Assembly: GCA_964016885.1 (NCBI GenBank)
Contig: OZ024740.1
Span: 395,994,001-396,058,000, forward strand
Direction of reading: 5' to 3'
Source: Eledone cirrhosa
Taxonomy: Eukaryota
Length of the DNA: 64,000 nucleotides
Position 1 is the first letter of the stretch, and each line of letters starts with the position of its first letter. The position numbers and the translations under genes are program-made. This document shows, one piece after another, positions 51,680 to 62,484 of the stretch. The notes beneath the pieces were generated by a model. It did no database searches and had not been told where the DNA came from. It saw only the letters and a program-made list of their open reading frames with translations.

Positions 51680-52424
51680 CTACAGATACAAGCCGAAGCT
51701 GAAGCATATAGACAATATGCCCCCACCCCCTCCCACTGTAAAGTGGTTGTGGAGGTGCCACGGCAAAAAAGCACCCAGCCCACACTGTTAAGTGGTCGTG
51801 TAGGTACCACGGAAAAAAAGCACCCAGCACTCACTGTAAATGAGGTTGGTGTTAGGAAGGGCATCCAGCTGTAGAAATCAATCCAGAATCAGTTCCCATA
51901 TGAGCAAGACAAGGTCAGCTGACCAGGCACTGCCCACAACAGGACAACCCATCTAATCCATGCTATCATGGAAGAATCGACGTAAAACGGTGATAATGAT
52001 ATACATACATACTATTATGCTTCTTCATGATGCAGATCTAAAATGTTTCTCCCAGTCTTTCTTCTCATGAGCTACAAATCTCTTGACATCCATCTCTACT
52101 CAAGCTTTTCTAGCAAGCATATAGTCTACAGATGTTCAACTGCAATCTAGCAAGGCTTGCAAAAATCATAGCGCTTCTTCTTCATCTTCTAACTTATGGA
52201 AAAAATGTAATTAATTATTTTTCAGTTTTCAGTATGTTCTTTTTTCACCTTTATTTCAGAGAATTCGAGAAGAATCTAAAAAATTACTGGACAACGATGA
52301 AGAGACAAAAAATTCCCTGTTTAATTCTGTATTAATTGATCATTTTTTATGGGATGAATGTAAATCTCAGGCTGAGGTTATGGATAATGTCCCTTTCCAC
52401 AAGGTTCGCTGTATTTATTACTAA
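34455..52424 (+). CDS. QNG1: Queuosine 5'-phosphate N-glycosylase/hydrolase (queuosine salvage protein, DUF2419), 9 coding exons, 341 aa
   Basis: Exons 34455-34559, 37771-37865, 39385-39517, 40214-40363, 42518-42641, 44682-44796, 45734-45804, 47655-47722 and 52260-52424. All introns are GT-AG with compatible phases; total 1026 nt. Motifs [65 protein letters not shown] and [10 protein letters not shown] match C9orf64/QNG1. Confidence 0.95.
34978..35900 (+). mobile_element. RTE LINE 3' fragment in QNG1 intron 1
   Basis: Similar to the reverse complement of about 48030-48980; (GAT)n tail. Confidence 0.88.
36430..36900 (-). mobile_element. Old L2/CR1-group LINE RT fragment
   Basis: Minus-strand [14 protein letters not shown] near 36621-36663 resembles VALDISKAFDRVWH. 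Confidence 0.45.
37771..37865 (+). CDS. QNG1: QNG1 coding exon 2
   Basis: TTTAG acceptor; [31 protein letters not shown](W); donor GTAAAT. Confidence 0.88.
39385..39517 (+). CDS. QNG1: QNG1 coding exon 3
   Basis: [12 protein letters not shown]...[14 protein letters not shown]; donor GTGAGT. Confidence 0.93.
40214..40363 (+). CDS. QNG1: QNG1 coding exon 4
   Basis: [10 protein letters not shown]...IFKSD...[19 protein letters not shown]. Confidence 0.9.
40620..41180 (-). mobile_element. Old L2/Crack-like LINE 3' fragment
   Basis: Degenerate minus-strand sequence resembling the F..SFF.RT..LWNSLP C-terminus; weak. Confidence 0.35.
41344..41527 (+). mobile_element. tRNA-derived SINE with 12-bp TSD
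   Basis: TSD ATTATTTATTTG at 41332-41343 and 41528-41539. Confidence 0.85.
41915..42486 (+). mobile_element. Decayed RTE 3' fragment
   Basis: [12 protein letters not shown]...[14 protein letters not shown]; ends just upstream of the exon 5 acceptor. Confidence 0.7.
42518..42641 (+). CDS. QNG1: QNG1 coding exon 5
   Basis: [41 protein letters not shown]. Confidence 0.92.
44370..44695 (+). repeat. Degenerate ~30-35 bp minisatellite overlapping the QNG1 exon 6 acceptor
   Basis: Recurrent ATATTG..ATTAGTTGCCTTATAC units; the last unit is TATTGCCCTCAG|TTGCCTTTTAC. Confidence 0.7.
44682..44796 (+). CDS. QNG1: QNG1 coding exon 6
   Basis: [20 protein letters not shown]...LTIFADYR; donor GTAAGA. Confidence 0.93.
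45734..45804 (+). CDS. QNG1: QNG1 coding exon 7
   Basis: [23 protein letters not shown]; donor GTAAGA. Confidence 0.92.
47095..47490 (+). mobile_element. RTE 3'-UTR-derived fragment with ~45-bp internal repeats
   Basis: AAAAGCACCCAGTCCAC.CTGT repeats, TTAGGAAGGACATTCAGCTGTAGAAACC, (GAT)n tail. Confidence 0.7.
47655..47722 (+). CDS. QNG1: QNG1 coding exon 8
   Basis: [22 protein letters not shown]; donor GTAATT. Confidence 0.92.
48028..51625 (-). mobile_element. Full-length RTE-clade LINE, antisense in QNG1 intron 8
   Basis: About 175-nt 5' leader, one intact 1039-aa ORF, ~300-nt 3' UTR, (ATG)n tail, (TA)n tracts on both flanks. Confidence 0.95.
48332..51451 (-). CDS. RTE LINE polyprotein: APE endonuclease, reverse transcriptase, PHD-like finger
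   Basis: [33 protein letters not shown]; [41 protein letters not shown]; WPCSVC...[12 protein letters not shown]...FICSSC; FCYLGD. No stops. Confidence 0.95.
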   Translation of the reverse strand: MNLRATKHPREAPTQRPSPTSVDKCPKLRVGTINVGSMKGRAGEIVEMLERKEVDVCCVQETRWRGGSARVLVGKSQCYKFFWVGNDDGMGGVGILLADKWVDKVISVYRVNARIIKLRLVLNKTITTIISAYAPQSGLPDELKDRFYESLIHTTALTDDKDFLIIAGDFNGHVGKHCDGFNRVHGGHGVGTRNEEGFRLLEFCDANDMSICNTNFKKPDNHLITYRSGEHSSQLDFILIRGRDRWTVVNTKAFPSEECTSQHSLVVSDLTVRTRRALKHRPTWRRKIWKLKVLSTSNRFKDILLNAYDSKEEQIETFNVEENWEFLKNNLLEATDEVCGWSKTSSRRRVTWWWNNKVDEAVKAKRQAWKEWKNGGSRVHYIETKREARRQVYLARREAEDRKFKHVLQREDQKQEVFKIAKQCVRDSCDIIGEKCIRNDKGELALTSAEKKDAWKSHYDRLLNEENAWEEETLPHVDPIEGPAVQVSGSVVSKAIRDMKIGKATGPSAIAAEMLKASGSVGHTITTRIVNQVILEGAIPKDWCSSIIVNCYKGKGDALDRGNYRGIKLMDQVMKVTERVIAQLIRDRVNIDEMQFGFVPGKGTTDALFLVRQLQEKYLAKSKPLYLAFVDLEKAFDRVPRAVIWWALRKLGVDEWLVKAVQAMYRGAVSKVRIGNEYSEEFSVQVGVHQGSVLSPLLFIIVLQAITEEFKTGCPWELLYADDLALIAESMVELENKFQTWKQGLERKGLKVNMTKTKVLISRRENRTQIPSGKWPCSVCRKGVGRNSILCPKCKQWVHKRCSGISGSLIKNVGFICSSCAETASKQPQETSTTNLWEGPVETVDSFCYLGDRISNGGGCSESTITRVRTGWKKFRELLPLLAAKGFSLRMKGRLYDACIRTAMLHGSETWALKVEDLRRLERNEACMLRWMCNSNIRERQSIKELRERLSIRGIKCCVQERRLCWYGHVMRMKDDSCIKRCRALEVDGNRGVGRPKMTWDEVIKADLTQLHLSKSMTHDRDFWRHAVIQGTRPPMGTC
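51630..51674. repeat. (TA)n microsatellite
   Basis: Direct reading. Confidence 0.95.
51675..52001 (+). mobile_element. RTE 3'-UTR-only copy, inverted relative to the full-length element
   Basis: Reverse complement of about 48030-48350 and 10090-10415. Confidence 0.88.
52260..52424 (+). CDS. QNG1: QNG1 last coding exon
   Basis: RIREE...[11 protein letters not shown]...[10 protein letters not shown]; AATAAA motifs about 40-60 nt downstream. Confidence 0.92.
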   Translation, partial: RIREESKKLLDNDEETKNSLFNSVLIDHFLWDECKSQAEVMDNVPFHKVRCIYY

Positions 52425-52959
52425 TTTAAAAAAAAAGGCGATACATCATTATGTATAGAAAAATAAAAATACAGTTTTAATAAATTTTTATGTTTTTGTT
52501 GCCACTTTTTTTTACATAATTATATTAGTAGATTTATTTTCAGCACTATAAACCCTTAAATTATTCAGTATTGTGCATTGTTATTACCTTCAATCTTTAT
52601 AACTAACCACAAACATAGTTGCCATTGTTTTGGGTGCATTTGTTTGCTTTGTAAATTGCTTAATTTTTAGGAGGCTGAATTTTGTTATGAATTGCTTCCC
52701 TTGACACTGTATTATGTATTAAGGGGAGATTACTCTATCAGCGACTTAAGTTGCTGACAGAACCAAGAGAATTAAGTAACTGGTTAAGTGTGAGTTTTTT
52801 TTCAAACCAGAATTACCTCCTCTCTATCACATCACTAAGACATCTCGTGAAAACTGAAAACCACAGGACTATAACACCGACTTCCAACCGGTAGAAACAA
52901 TAGTTTATAACTTTACCTATTAATCCGTATGGTGAGTAAATAGGATCCCATGTGATGGC

Positions 52960-53205
52960 CTCCCCTCAGGCCCGGCGGACAGGATGGAGAAGGTGTTTCC
53001 CCCGGAGGATGGTAAGGGAGATGCACTGGAAGAGCCATTCCAACTCGCAAGGCTCACACCTGCGGCTGGACAGCTCAGCGCCTATGGTGGTGAATAGGGA
53101 GGTAGCCCTAGAGCCAAGGACACCAGAAGTCTCCACTGCCAAGAGCACGACCGCAAACCTGTTGGAGAGCGACCGGTACTTGGAGAGTTTGGCCTTCTCA
53201 CGTAA
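52960..53205 (-). mobile_element. CRE-like non-LTR retrotransposon C-terminal (RLE) fragment
   Basis: EKAKLSKYRSL...LAVETSGVLG...LFQCISLTILRGK resembles the CRE-clade K..KY...PVAVETLG...QRLS.A.QRGN end. Confidence 0.6.
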
Positions 53206-53290
53206 ATACAGACACTAACACACAAACGTGTGTAGTGTATTAATCAAGTGGTGACAAGGCTCTATATCAGGAAAAGAGCAATATATTTAC

Positions 53291-53480
53291 ATAATTGTTT
53301 CTACTTTAGGCACAAGGCCAGCAATTACCCAGTACATTACTGGTACTTTATTTTATCGACCCTGTAAGGATGAAAGGCAAAGTTAACCTCGGCGGGATTT
53401 GAACTCAGACTGTAAAGGGACGTAACTATGCTAGAAAGTATGGCGTCCGACTCTCTACCGATACTGCCAATTCCCCGCCG
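53291..53480 (-). mobile_element. tRNA-derived SINE
   Basis: Full-length reverse complement of the family. Confidence 0.85.
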
Positions 53481-53559
53481 AATAATAACGATATCTCACA
53501 CGACATTGTGTCAGCTACTGTTTGGTTTAATACATGAACAGATCATATTTGAAATAATA

Positions 53560-53700
53560 TATCTCTTCATCAGAAGAAGGGAGGTAAGTGTAAAAGCCAA
53601 ACTCACCATCTTCAATTCGCTATTTGTGCCAGCCTTTACCTATAGTCATGAATCTTGGGTAATGACCAAAAGAATACAACCAGCCGGATCAATTAGAGAC
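53560..53700 (+). mobile_element. RTE fragment
   Basis: REVSVKAKLTIFNSLFVPAFTYSHESWVMTKR. Confidence 0.55.
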
Positions 53701-53959
53701 AGTTGCTTCTGACAGAATCCATTTGAAAGCATGCTTGAGGACTGCTCCAAGACTCTCTAAGGAATTGGGTGAAGAAGAAATCCAGTCATTACCATTGTTG
53801 CCTCCAACCTAAATAGCAATGGCTTGATAAGTTCTATGCTGGCTGATAGAAGTAAATTCCAAGGTATGCCCTCAATAAAAAAACAACACACAGATGGAAA
53901 CTTCCATACAGACAAAAAAAATGTATGCATGGATCCTCAGTTAGGTCTACTTGATGTAG

Positions 53960-54440
53960 ATTCTAAACTCTCTTATGCATTCTCTTTAACAACCTCATAG
54001 TAGCCCTGCTATACATACTTCTCTCTGATGATGTCATGGCTCTCTTTAGTGCACTGCCTTGCAATCCAGAAATCCTTGTGCTTCCAATCCTCATATCGCA
54101 GAACATAAAACTCCTCTTGTTTTATGCTTCCCCTCTTGCTAAATAAATCTGAATCTGAGATTTAGCTTTTCTTCTAGCTACTTGATATTGTTCATTCCTA
54201 CCTCCTGCCTACCAGACTTTCCAAGCTTTGGAACTTTCAACAATACTGATCCACTACCATTTTACCTTCCACCTGGCTAGTGTCTTGCCCAAACCATAGG
54301 TCTCATTCTGTGGCCCTCAGTAGGTTGTCTTGTAAGAGTTTCCAGTTGTCCTCTATGTTATAAGGTTCTAATTCATCACCATCCTTATCAAGAGCTTCAG
54401 TTAGCTTTTCTCTAAACCTATGATTGTTTGATGGCTCTTA
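53960..54440 (-). mobile_element. Decayed RTE ORF fragment
   Basis: Resembles about 50090-50580 of the intact element. Confidence 0.55.
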
Positions 54441-54512
54441 TATAAATATTACTGGTAATGGCAAACCTTTCCGAAAAAAAGACCTCAATATATTACTAGA
54501 GTGAGAGAGAGA

Positions 54513-54568
<56 letters not shown>

Positions 54569-54679
54569 TCCAAACCCATGCAAGCGTGGAACACGGACGT
54601 TAAACGATGATGATGATGATGATGATGATGATATACTTTCGGACGGTCATGCTGCCAATAATAAATGTATTTGACAACA

Positions 54680-55640
54680 CGGAAGACCTCCTCTGTAGAA
54701 TCAACAAATGTAACATATCAGGGAACCTGACAGGCTGTACAATAGAAAGCATGAATGTGGTCTCCTGATACCATTCCATTGACATAAATTTTGGATGGAG
54801 ATGATCAGCGATAGTGAGGTGGAATTCCATGGGATTGACACCAGTGAGCTAGGACTCCTACTTAGACTCACGCTGGATAAGGAATACGTAGATACCCACA
54901 ACCTTAGCAGCCTCTGTCCCACAAGGCCAGGGAAAGGCAAACCACCTACCATTACCTCAATGGCCAAGAAGACCCCTACAAAAAGATGGAATGGGTGGAA
55001 CAGAGCCATATTGATCCCGAAAACTATGACCAAGTAAAGAAAATGATCACACACGTAATAGGGGCCAGTATAAGACTAACCCTTAAGGAACATATGTTTA
55101 AGTTCAATGACAAAACATATGCCCAAGAGATGGGGTAGCCATTGGCATCAGTATTGCTGGTGACATGGCCAACCTCTTTATGGTATGGTGGGACAGGAGA
55201 CTTAAGGAACACTTAGATGAGAAAACTATAATCCTTACTATGTACTCCTGCTACATAGATGACATCAATATAGTAGTTAAAACACCCCCACAGGAGAACA
55301 GTCAAGAATTAGAAAGGGACACCATGGAAAACATCCAGCAAATAGCAAATTCCATCCACCAGAGTATTAAAGTTACTATAGACTACCTGTACTAGACACA
55401 GAACTCTGGTTAGAAACTGTTAATAATAAAACCCAAATCCTCCATTCACATTATGCCAAACCCATGGCATCAAAGTATGTGATCCACAGAAACTCTGCCA
55501 TTTGGGATAACATGAATGTCTACAGAGTAATTGTGGACTTAGTAAGAATGATGAGGAATGTGTCCCGCATATGTTATCCTAAAGAATTAAAGAGACACAT
55601 ACAACACTTCATCCATTGCATGCAATTCTCTGGCTACCAT
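54680..55640 (+). mobile_element. Penelope-like reverse transcriptase remnant
   Basis: HMFKFNDKTYAQEMG*PIG...MANLFMVWWD...YIDDINIV...ANSIHQSIKVTID; PLE-type RT motifs with stops. Confidence 0.75.
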
Positions 55641-56934
55641 TGATTGTTGCAGACAGTCGGCAGTCTAAAACTGAGGAATGTTTTCTTGTTGTTTAGGAGC
55701 AAACCTTTGATCAAAGGTTTTCTAGTCATGACCATTCTATTATCCTTGGAATGTTGTGTCTTGGACTACATTATCTAATGTGTCTTTCCTTTTTTAAGAT
55801 ATTAGGGTACGATTTGAGGGAAATTTGACTGATATTTCTAGCAGGTCGAGCGACCACGTAGGGGCTCCATCATTGTTGTTTTTGTTTGGCCCCAAGCCAA
55901 ACATGATTAAGCAGAATTATGATCAATAGCATTCCAGCCGGTCTACATTATCCAATATATCTTCACCCTTCGTTAGATAGTAGAACTTTAAAATGTGTAA
56001 TTATCTTTATAATTAAAGAATGAACAATTTACAAAGGTATATCATTTACAAAATAAATTAGACAGCAACTACTAAAATTAATTCCCTCTAACGAGTTTTG
56101 AGTCACACCAAAACACTTATGGCCTTACCGCGGATAATAGCGAGACTGGTGTACTGGAACAACCAAGCACCATGAAGAGCATCATCTGCTACTTTAGTGT
56201 AACGAGCCGAAAACGATGACAAATATTTATCAGCGATCCAGATTTCTCGAACAAGCACGGACCGATGAATGTAATTTAACGATAAATTACGATTCAGTAA
56301 TTTATTCCAGTCGATTACGGTGGTTACTGCATCCATGGCCGAACGGCATGTGCTACAGAAATACTGTAATTTTTCGGTAGATTATATTTGAAGGATACTT
56401 GGCTGTTATTTCTTTCCAGTCACTCGGGCAACCACTTAGAACCCCCTTGTCGGTTCGTCTTGTTTGGCTATTTGTAGATGTGTTCAATTAATTTATGACT
56501 ACGACACCTTTTAAAGGTGCGAGGAAACTGAGTTTCAACAGTCTTAGTGCTGCCACTAACACGAAGCAGGAAATTGAATCAAACATGTAATAACTTATTC
56601 ACCTGTCCATTTCATATTTCTCTGTATAAATCAATTTCTAACATGTTATAGGTGTAAAGAGGAGAATTTTAAATCTTTTTTTTTTTTATGAAGGGCATTA
56701 GCTATGTAACTGGACTGGGAATTGAAACGAGCTCGCTAAATGAACAGACATACATAAACATGTGTGTGTGTGTGGGGGGGGGGGGGGACCAGTGGGTACA
56801 ATACTTTTTAGTCTGTTTATTTCTGCTTAATCCATATATTATCTTCTGTCTCACTATTACATTTGCTTTAATATATGTTGTATTAGTAACCGGATAAATT
56901 ATAATGAATCATACGACAGCTGGTTGTTACTAAC

Positions 56935-56967
56935 GCGGAAGTGACGTAAAATTGGCAATCACGTGAC
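56935..56967 (+). promoter_or_regulatory. Proximal promoter motif cluster: ETS-CRE (GCGGAAGTGACGT), inverted CCAAT (ATTGG), E-box ATCACGTGAC
   Basis: Three motifs within 33 bp, about 335 nt upstream of the ATG of the RILP-like gene. Confidence 0.6.
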
Positions 56968-57302
56968 AATTGCTGGGTGACGGGACAGAGAAGAAAGGGA
57001 GAGTTAGATAAAGCGAAGAAAAACACCAATAGTGGTAAGAGGAGAAGGAAGACTTAGATAAAATTATGGAGATCGAAGATTAAATCGTGCCGAAGTGAAG
57101 CGAAGAAAGATTATCGCTAACAACTGTTAAGAGGGAACATCTTCCCTCTTACTACTGTCAATAGTGCTACTGCTTTGAAGCAGTTTTTTAAAGTCTGGCA
57201 TTATTTCTTATATATACATAAAATTCTCGCAAAGGGCTCCTGCTGTATATCACGACTCGATTTAGGGTGGTGGTATACAGGCCCGAAATATTTGTCACTT
57301 AG

Positions 57303-57647
57303 ATGGATTCCTGTTTAATCGAAACCATTCGGAGAGTTAGAATGAATGACGAACTTTTCCTGATGTCTAGCGAATCTAGTATTGAGAATAGCTATGGCAT
57401 CTCCGTCGCAGATGTTTATGACCAGGCATCAGGAATTGGCAAGGAACTTGAAAAGTTGATAGACTGCTATGGATCAGAAGCGATCACAGGGCTTATGCAC
57501 AAAGTCGTGCGATCCCTGGAGCTTTTGGAAGCTTTAGCTATTCGTTATGAACAGGAAAATACTGAAATAGGAGATCTTAAATATACAATCTCAAGGTTAG
57601 AAGCTGAAAAACTAGAAAAGGCACAGGAGAGGGCCAGGTACGAGCGG
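57303..57647 (+). CDS. RILPL1: RILP-like protein (RILPL1/RILPL2 family, RH1 domain), first coding exon
   Basis: ISVADVYDQASGIGKELEKLIDCYGSEAITGLMHKVVRSLELLE matches the RH1 domain, followed by a coiled coil and a GTGAGT donor at 57648. The start could instead be a downstream ATG. Later exons were not found in the window. Confidence 0.85.
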
Positions 57648-58247
57648 GTGAGTGTTGACTTATTATTTATAAAATGAATATTCAATTTTGTAAAACCCTA
57701 CCAGCCTCATAAACATATTGTAAGAAAGAGTAAAACGATTTTTTTTCTTCCATTTATCAGGTCGGTTATGTTTTCATTTGTCAATTGACTGACACAATTG
57801 TTTACATTACTTGCGTTATGATACGGCTTTTCAACTTTATAAACATTTGTGTCGTCTTCACACTTAATAATAATTTTTCAATTGACAGCAGTTAGGACAA
57901 CTATTGTGAATATTCTCAAAATTCGGGTATCTAGAGTAGTTTATTCGTCTCGGGCAACTTTTCTATTATGAAGTCCATTTAAGCACAAAACCCGCCCCTT
58001 CTTTCTCATAGTCGACATCTCTGCTTGCAGGAGACAAACACTACGACCTACAATAAATCAATCAATTAGTTTTACAAAATTATAACAAAGTTGACTAGAA
58101 GTGAGGTTACCTCGCCAATTACACAAGATGAAGACATTTGGCTGCCCATATTGTTCCAATCCAATATACTTTTCTTCTTTTTTTTTTGTCTTTAGAACAT
58201 TTTTATATCGTAGCGACACTCATTTCATTGACATATTCGTCTTCACC

Positions 58248-58305
<58 letters not shown>

Positions 58306-59589
58306 ACATGGCACTTTTAGCTTATATATAATTATATGATAGTGCCTGTTATTATAACAGTGAAAATATATTTTTAACCAAATGACCTCGTACCCGCTGT
58401 ACTATTTTTCAGGTTTCACCTTGTTTGTTTCCAACACATGACAAATTATGTTTACTTCGTCAAGAGTGTTCTGTTAGATTTATCAAGGCCAATGTTTCCA
58501 CAGCCCCGCTCTTCCCGTGCAGATGTTCTCCCTATCTTTAAAATGTGTCTCGTGCACATTTTCGACAATTTTAACATCCGTCTAGTTTCATTTAATTTTT
58601 TACTTATACATATTTAATTACATTCGCTTAGGTTTTGTGATGTCATGGTTATGTTAATATTGTTGTAGTGTTGCGTGAATTTAACATACTGATTAAGACT
58701 ATTTAAGATGGCAAACCAGCTCCAAAATAGGAGCTAGACTATTCAGTTGAATAAGGGGGCGTCAATGACTTTAGAGCTCGATATAAGAGAATGAAAATAT
58801 CTTGTCGCATTCGCCGGATTCATTTCGTATACTCCGCTCACACACACTTACATGAACCGACCAGGTAACTCTAACCTTAACGTATATATACACAATGAAC
58901 CGGTGAATCGGACAAGATATTTTCTTACTTCGAGCTCTAAAGTCACGTAAAGGACCGTGTACGACTATGACCTTACTAGGATTAACTTGAGTATAACGTG
59001 CCACTTTCACTTTGTTAAACTGTAGTTCGTACCAGTGTGTTCGTCGGCTGTAGAGAATAGGTTATTTTTACTTTTAGTCGCCGGGTCAGGCCAATTTGTT
59101 TATCATAGAAAATATTTGTGGTTACAATTTTTTTAAGTAGTGTTATTGTTGTTCCTTTTTTTTGTGTGTGTTTTTGAATTATTTCTTACAACAACACGCA
59201 CACACAGATTCTTAGTTGCAACCCAAAATATCCTCAATGACAAACAAGCTGGCCGATGTTCGGCTAAAAGAAAAAACAATTCTTCCTTAGCAGCCAAAAT
59301 AAACTAGTACTGGCTACAGTTTGACAAAACGAAAGTGGGTTGTCTTTTAGAAGGATTGCCGAACTGCATTGCAGGTTAAAAATAATGAACTCCCACTCGA
59401 TTACCCAAGATGTCAGAAATATTGGAAATTTTGGGCACTATTCAAAAGAAACAAATAACAAATTTGTTTTTATCAAAAGCTCATATAATAGCCATAAAAA
59501 CAGTTTGCTAATTGAAGAAATGAATATTTGCTATATGGAATGAACCTCCGTTGGTTTTAAAGATGATTGTTCCAATTATTCTATCAACG

Positions 59590-59815
59590 AAACAGACTGC
59601 TCATGAAATTAACATGTTAGTGGTTGAACATTCCACATATAGTTCAGTGTGACAAGTTGACAAGTTTGGCCCTTTGAATTACAGGTACAGTTTCTCTTCC
59701 CAGTTTCACTCACATAGATCAGCAGCAGGCCATAGTAAATGACACTTGCCATGCCGTGGGATCGAACCTAGCACCTAATGATTGTGAAGCAAACTGCTTA
59801 ATCATTTGCCATGCT
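59590..59815 (-). mobile_element. Second tRNA-derived SINE family, decayed
   Basis: Minus strand shows A-box-like TGGCAAATGATTAAG and B-box GGTTCGATCCC followed by GGCAAGTGTC. Confidence 0.5.
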
Positions 59816-61632
59816 ACGCCCACTTTAACCATATGAGATATGCAATAATGCCATTAATCTGTCTCCCAAAGACATCAATAATTCCTGGAGGAGTCAGATT
59901 CTTATCACAATATAAAAAATCTGACTGATTTGATTGAATTTTTTTGTGAATTTGAAAAAGATTTGGACTCAAGGACAGAGTATAGAAGATGGTATAATTC
60001 AAACATGGATGACATGCAATCATCTTTGCCTTGTATAAATGCATTAAAAATCTTATATCATATTTATCTGAAACTTAATACATACAATGAATTTATTCAA
60101 CAGCTGGAAATAATTTCTAAATTTCTGATGACTGACACTAGACAAATAGAAAATAAGGATGGCTCTGTAGATATACATGCATCACATTTTAATGGAAGCA
60201 AGTGTAAATCTGGTTCTAAAGTTGCTTTTGTGAATATAAGGATGAACTGTCAAAATATCTGCCATATTGTAAAACAGAGATACGTTGAAGAAGAATTGAT
60301 GTGATAGGCAAAAACAAATGTGGTTTGGGGGCTCTGTGTCCACAAAATAGTCAAAAGAAAATCTCATCTATGTCAGCAAAAATTATATTAGCCAGTGTTA
60401 TTAAAATTTTTGGAATATTTGAGCATAGAAATTGTCATTGTTTTGTATGGATGTGATGAATATTCATAATTCAACATTAATGAAGTTTCAGGACAATTTG
60501 GGGGATTAAAAGTTTTAAGGTTAACATTCTTCTCAAAGGAAATATCAGGCCATGTTATTTTGAGGTGTGACTATTGCCAAAAAACAATAAACCAATAGTG
60601 ATAACAGAACTAAGGAAACTAATTAATGAAGATCTTTTAGAAAAGGTTCTTTTTGGTAGAAGTAAATGGGTCTCTCTTTCAGTGGTTCTATGGAAACAGA
60701 TGGAGATCTTTAGATTATGTGGCGACTGTAAAATAGATGTAAATGAAAGAATTTGTTTGGATAGTTGTCCAACTTTAAATACTGTATCGATATTTTATTC
60801 TCTTTCTGGTTTAGATTATTTTGCTAAATTGGGTTTAATTCATCATCATCATCATCATCGGACATATTAAATAGAAATGCGATCTGAAACAAGAGAAATT
60901 ACTATGATAAATACATTAGTGGGTCCTTTAAAATAGACTTGTCTTCCATATGGAATTAAAACTGCTAGACTGTTTCAAAGAGCAATTGAATATGTGTTGC
61001 AAATTATATTGCTAATGTTGTTGTTTATCAAGATGTTGTATGTAAGTGTATTTCTACTAAAAGAGTTACACATCTAGGTAGATAAGGTCATAGAAAAATT
61101 GGAATTATAGGCATGGAGATCGATCAAGCTAAGTTTTTGTTAGACTGATGAATTGTGTGCTTTGACAAAGGAGAGTATATCACCATATCAACGTTTAGTA
61201 ATGAAATTTATGGATGTAAAACTATCAAAGGGTAAGAAGTAATTAAACTCTGCTCTTGGATTTGTCAATTTCTATAGAAGATATGTTGGGTATTATTCAG
61301 GTCATGTATTCTCATTTGCAGCACTTTGTAAGTACAGTGTCTCGTTATCATGGGGAATTCAAACAGCAAAAGGTATTTGTGTATATAAAACTGATATTAC
61401 TATCCGAGCCTGTGTTTCAGATTTATGATGCTATGGTAGGGATATTTATTGACAGTAACCACATAAATGAAACAAGCTCCTCAAATATTGAAAGGAGAAT
61501 CATTGAAAATTGTATGGTGTACTTAAAGAACACAGTATTTTCTACTTGACCAAAAATCTAAATTGGTCTTAGAACATAGATGACTAAAATCTATTTTTAG
61601 CAAAAATTGTGGAACATCATTTCATTTTATTT

Positions 61633-61787
61633 CATTTTACGTCCGCTTTTCCCTGCTTGCAAGGGTGGGACGGGAACTGATTTTGGCTTGATTTCTACAG
61701 CTGGATGCCCTTTCTAACACCAACCTCATTTACAGTGAGTGCTGGGTGCTTTTTTGCTGTGGCACCTCCACGACCACTTTGCAGTGG
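61633..61787 (-). mobile_element. RTE 3'-UTR fragment
   Basis: Matches about 48140-48300 with deletions. Confidence 0.7.
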
Positions 61788-62484
61788 AATGATATGGACC
61801 CCAGTCCCTATCATCTCATTTCTACAGCTGAATAAATCTAAGCATATTTTAAAATAGGCCTCACAAATTAAAGTATATAATATATTATGAAATATATTAT
61901 GTAAGGGTGTTTGAAATATCACATTTGATGCATTTTCATGATTAGAATTTATTAATAATGCTAGCTTTTACATGAATAGGATTCTTTCATCTATCTTGTA
62001 GAAACTGATGTTATAATGTAAAAATATAAAGTTGGGTATTGCCACTGATAATGTTTCATCTGATGTATTAAAAATGATTTTTAATAATAATTGGAGCAAT
62101 TGTTATAAGATAACAGTTGAAAATGGAATTCATTTTTGCACCAATCTGTTTGGTGACAAAAGCTGTGCATGATGATGTACATTGTCTTAGTGCCAATAAA
62201 GAATCAATTGAAATTAAAAGCATGGTGACCAAGTTACTGTAAAGATGTGGAATGATATGTAAGATGTTCGATATATGCAGGAATAAAACCAGAATTACTC
62301 CACTGAGTGCACGCATATCATAAAGAAATTAAAGCATATGGATCATACTTATGCAAAGAATCTAAGACTATTCTTAATACTTATTGATGCATACGCTAAG
62401 TGACTAGAAGTAATAAGAATTAGGAATTAAGAGCTGTATTTTCTAGAAACATTAGTGTCTAACAATGTCTGTGAATTTCATAAT

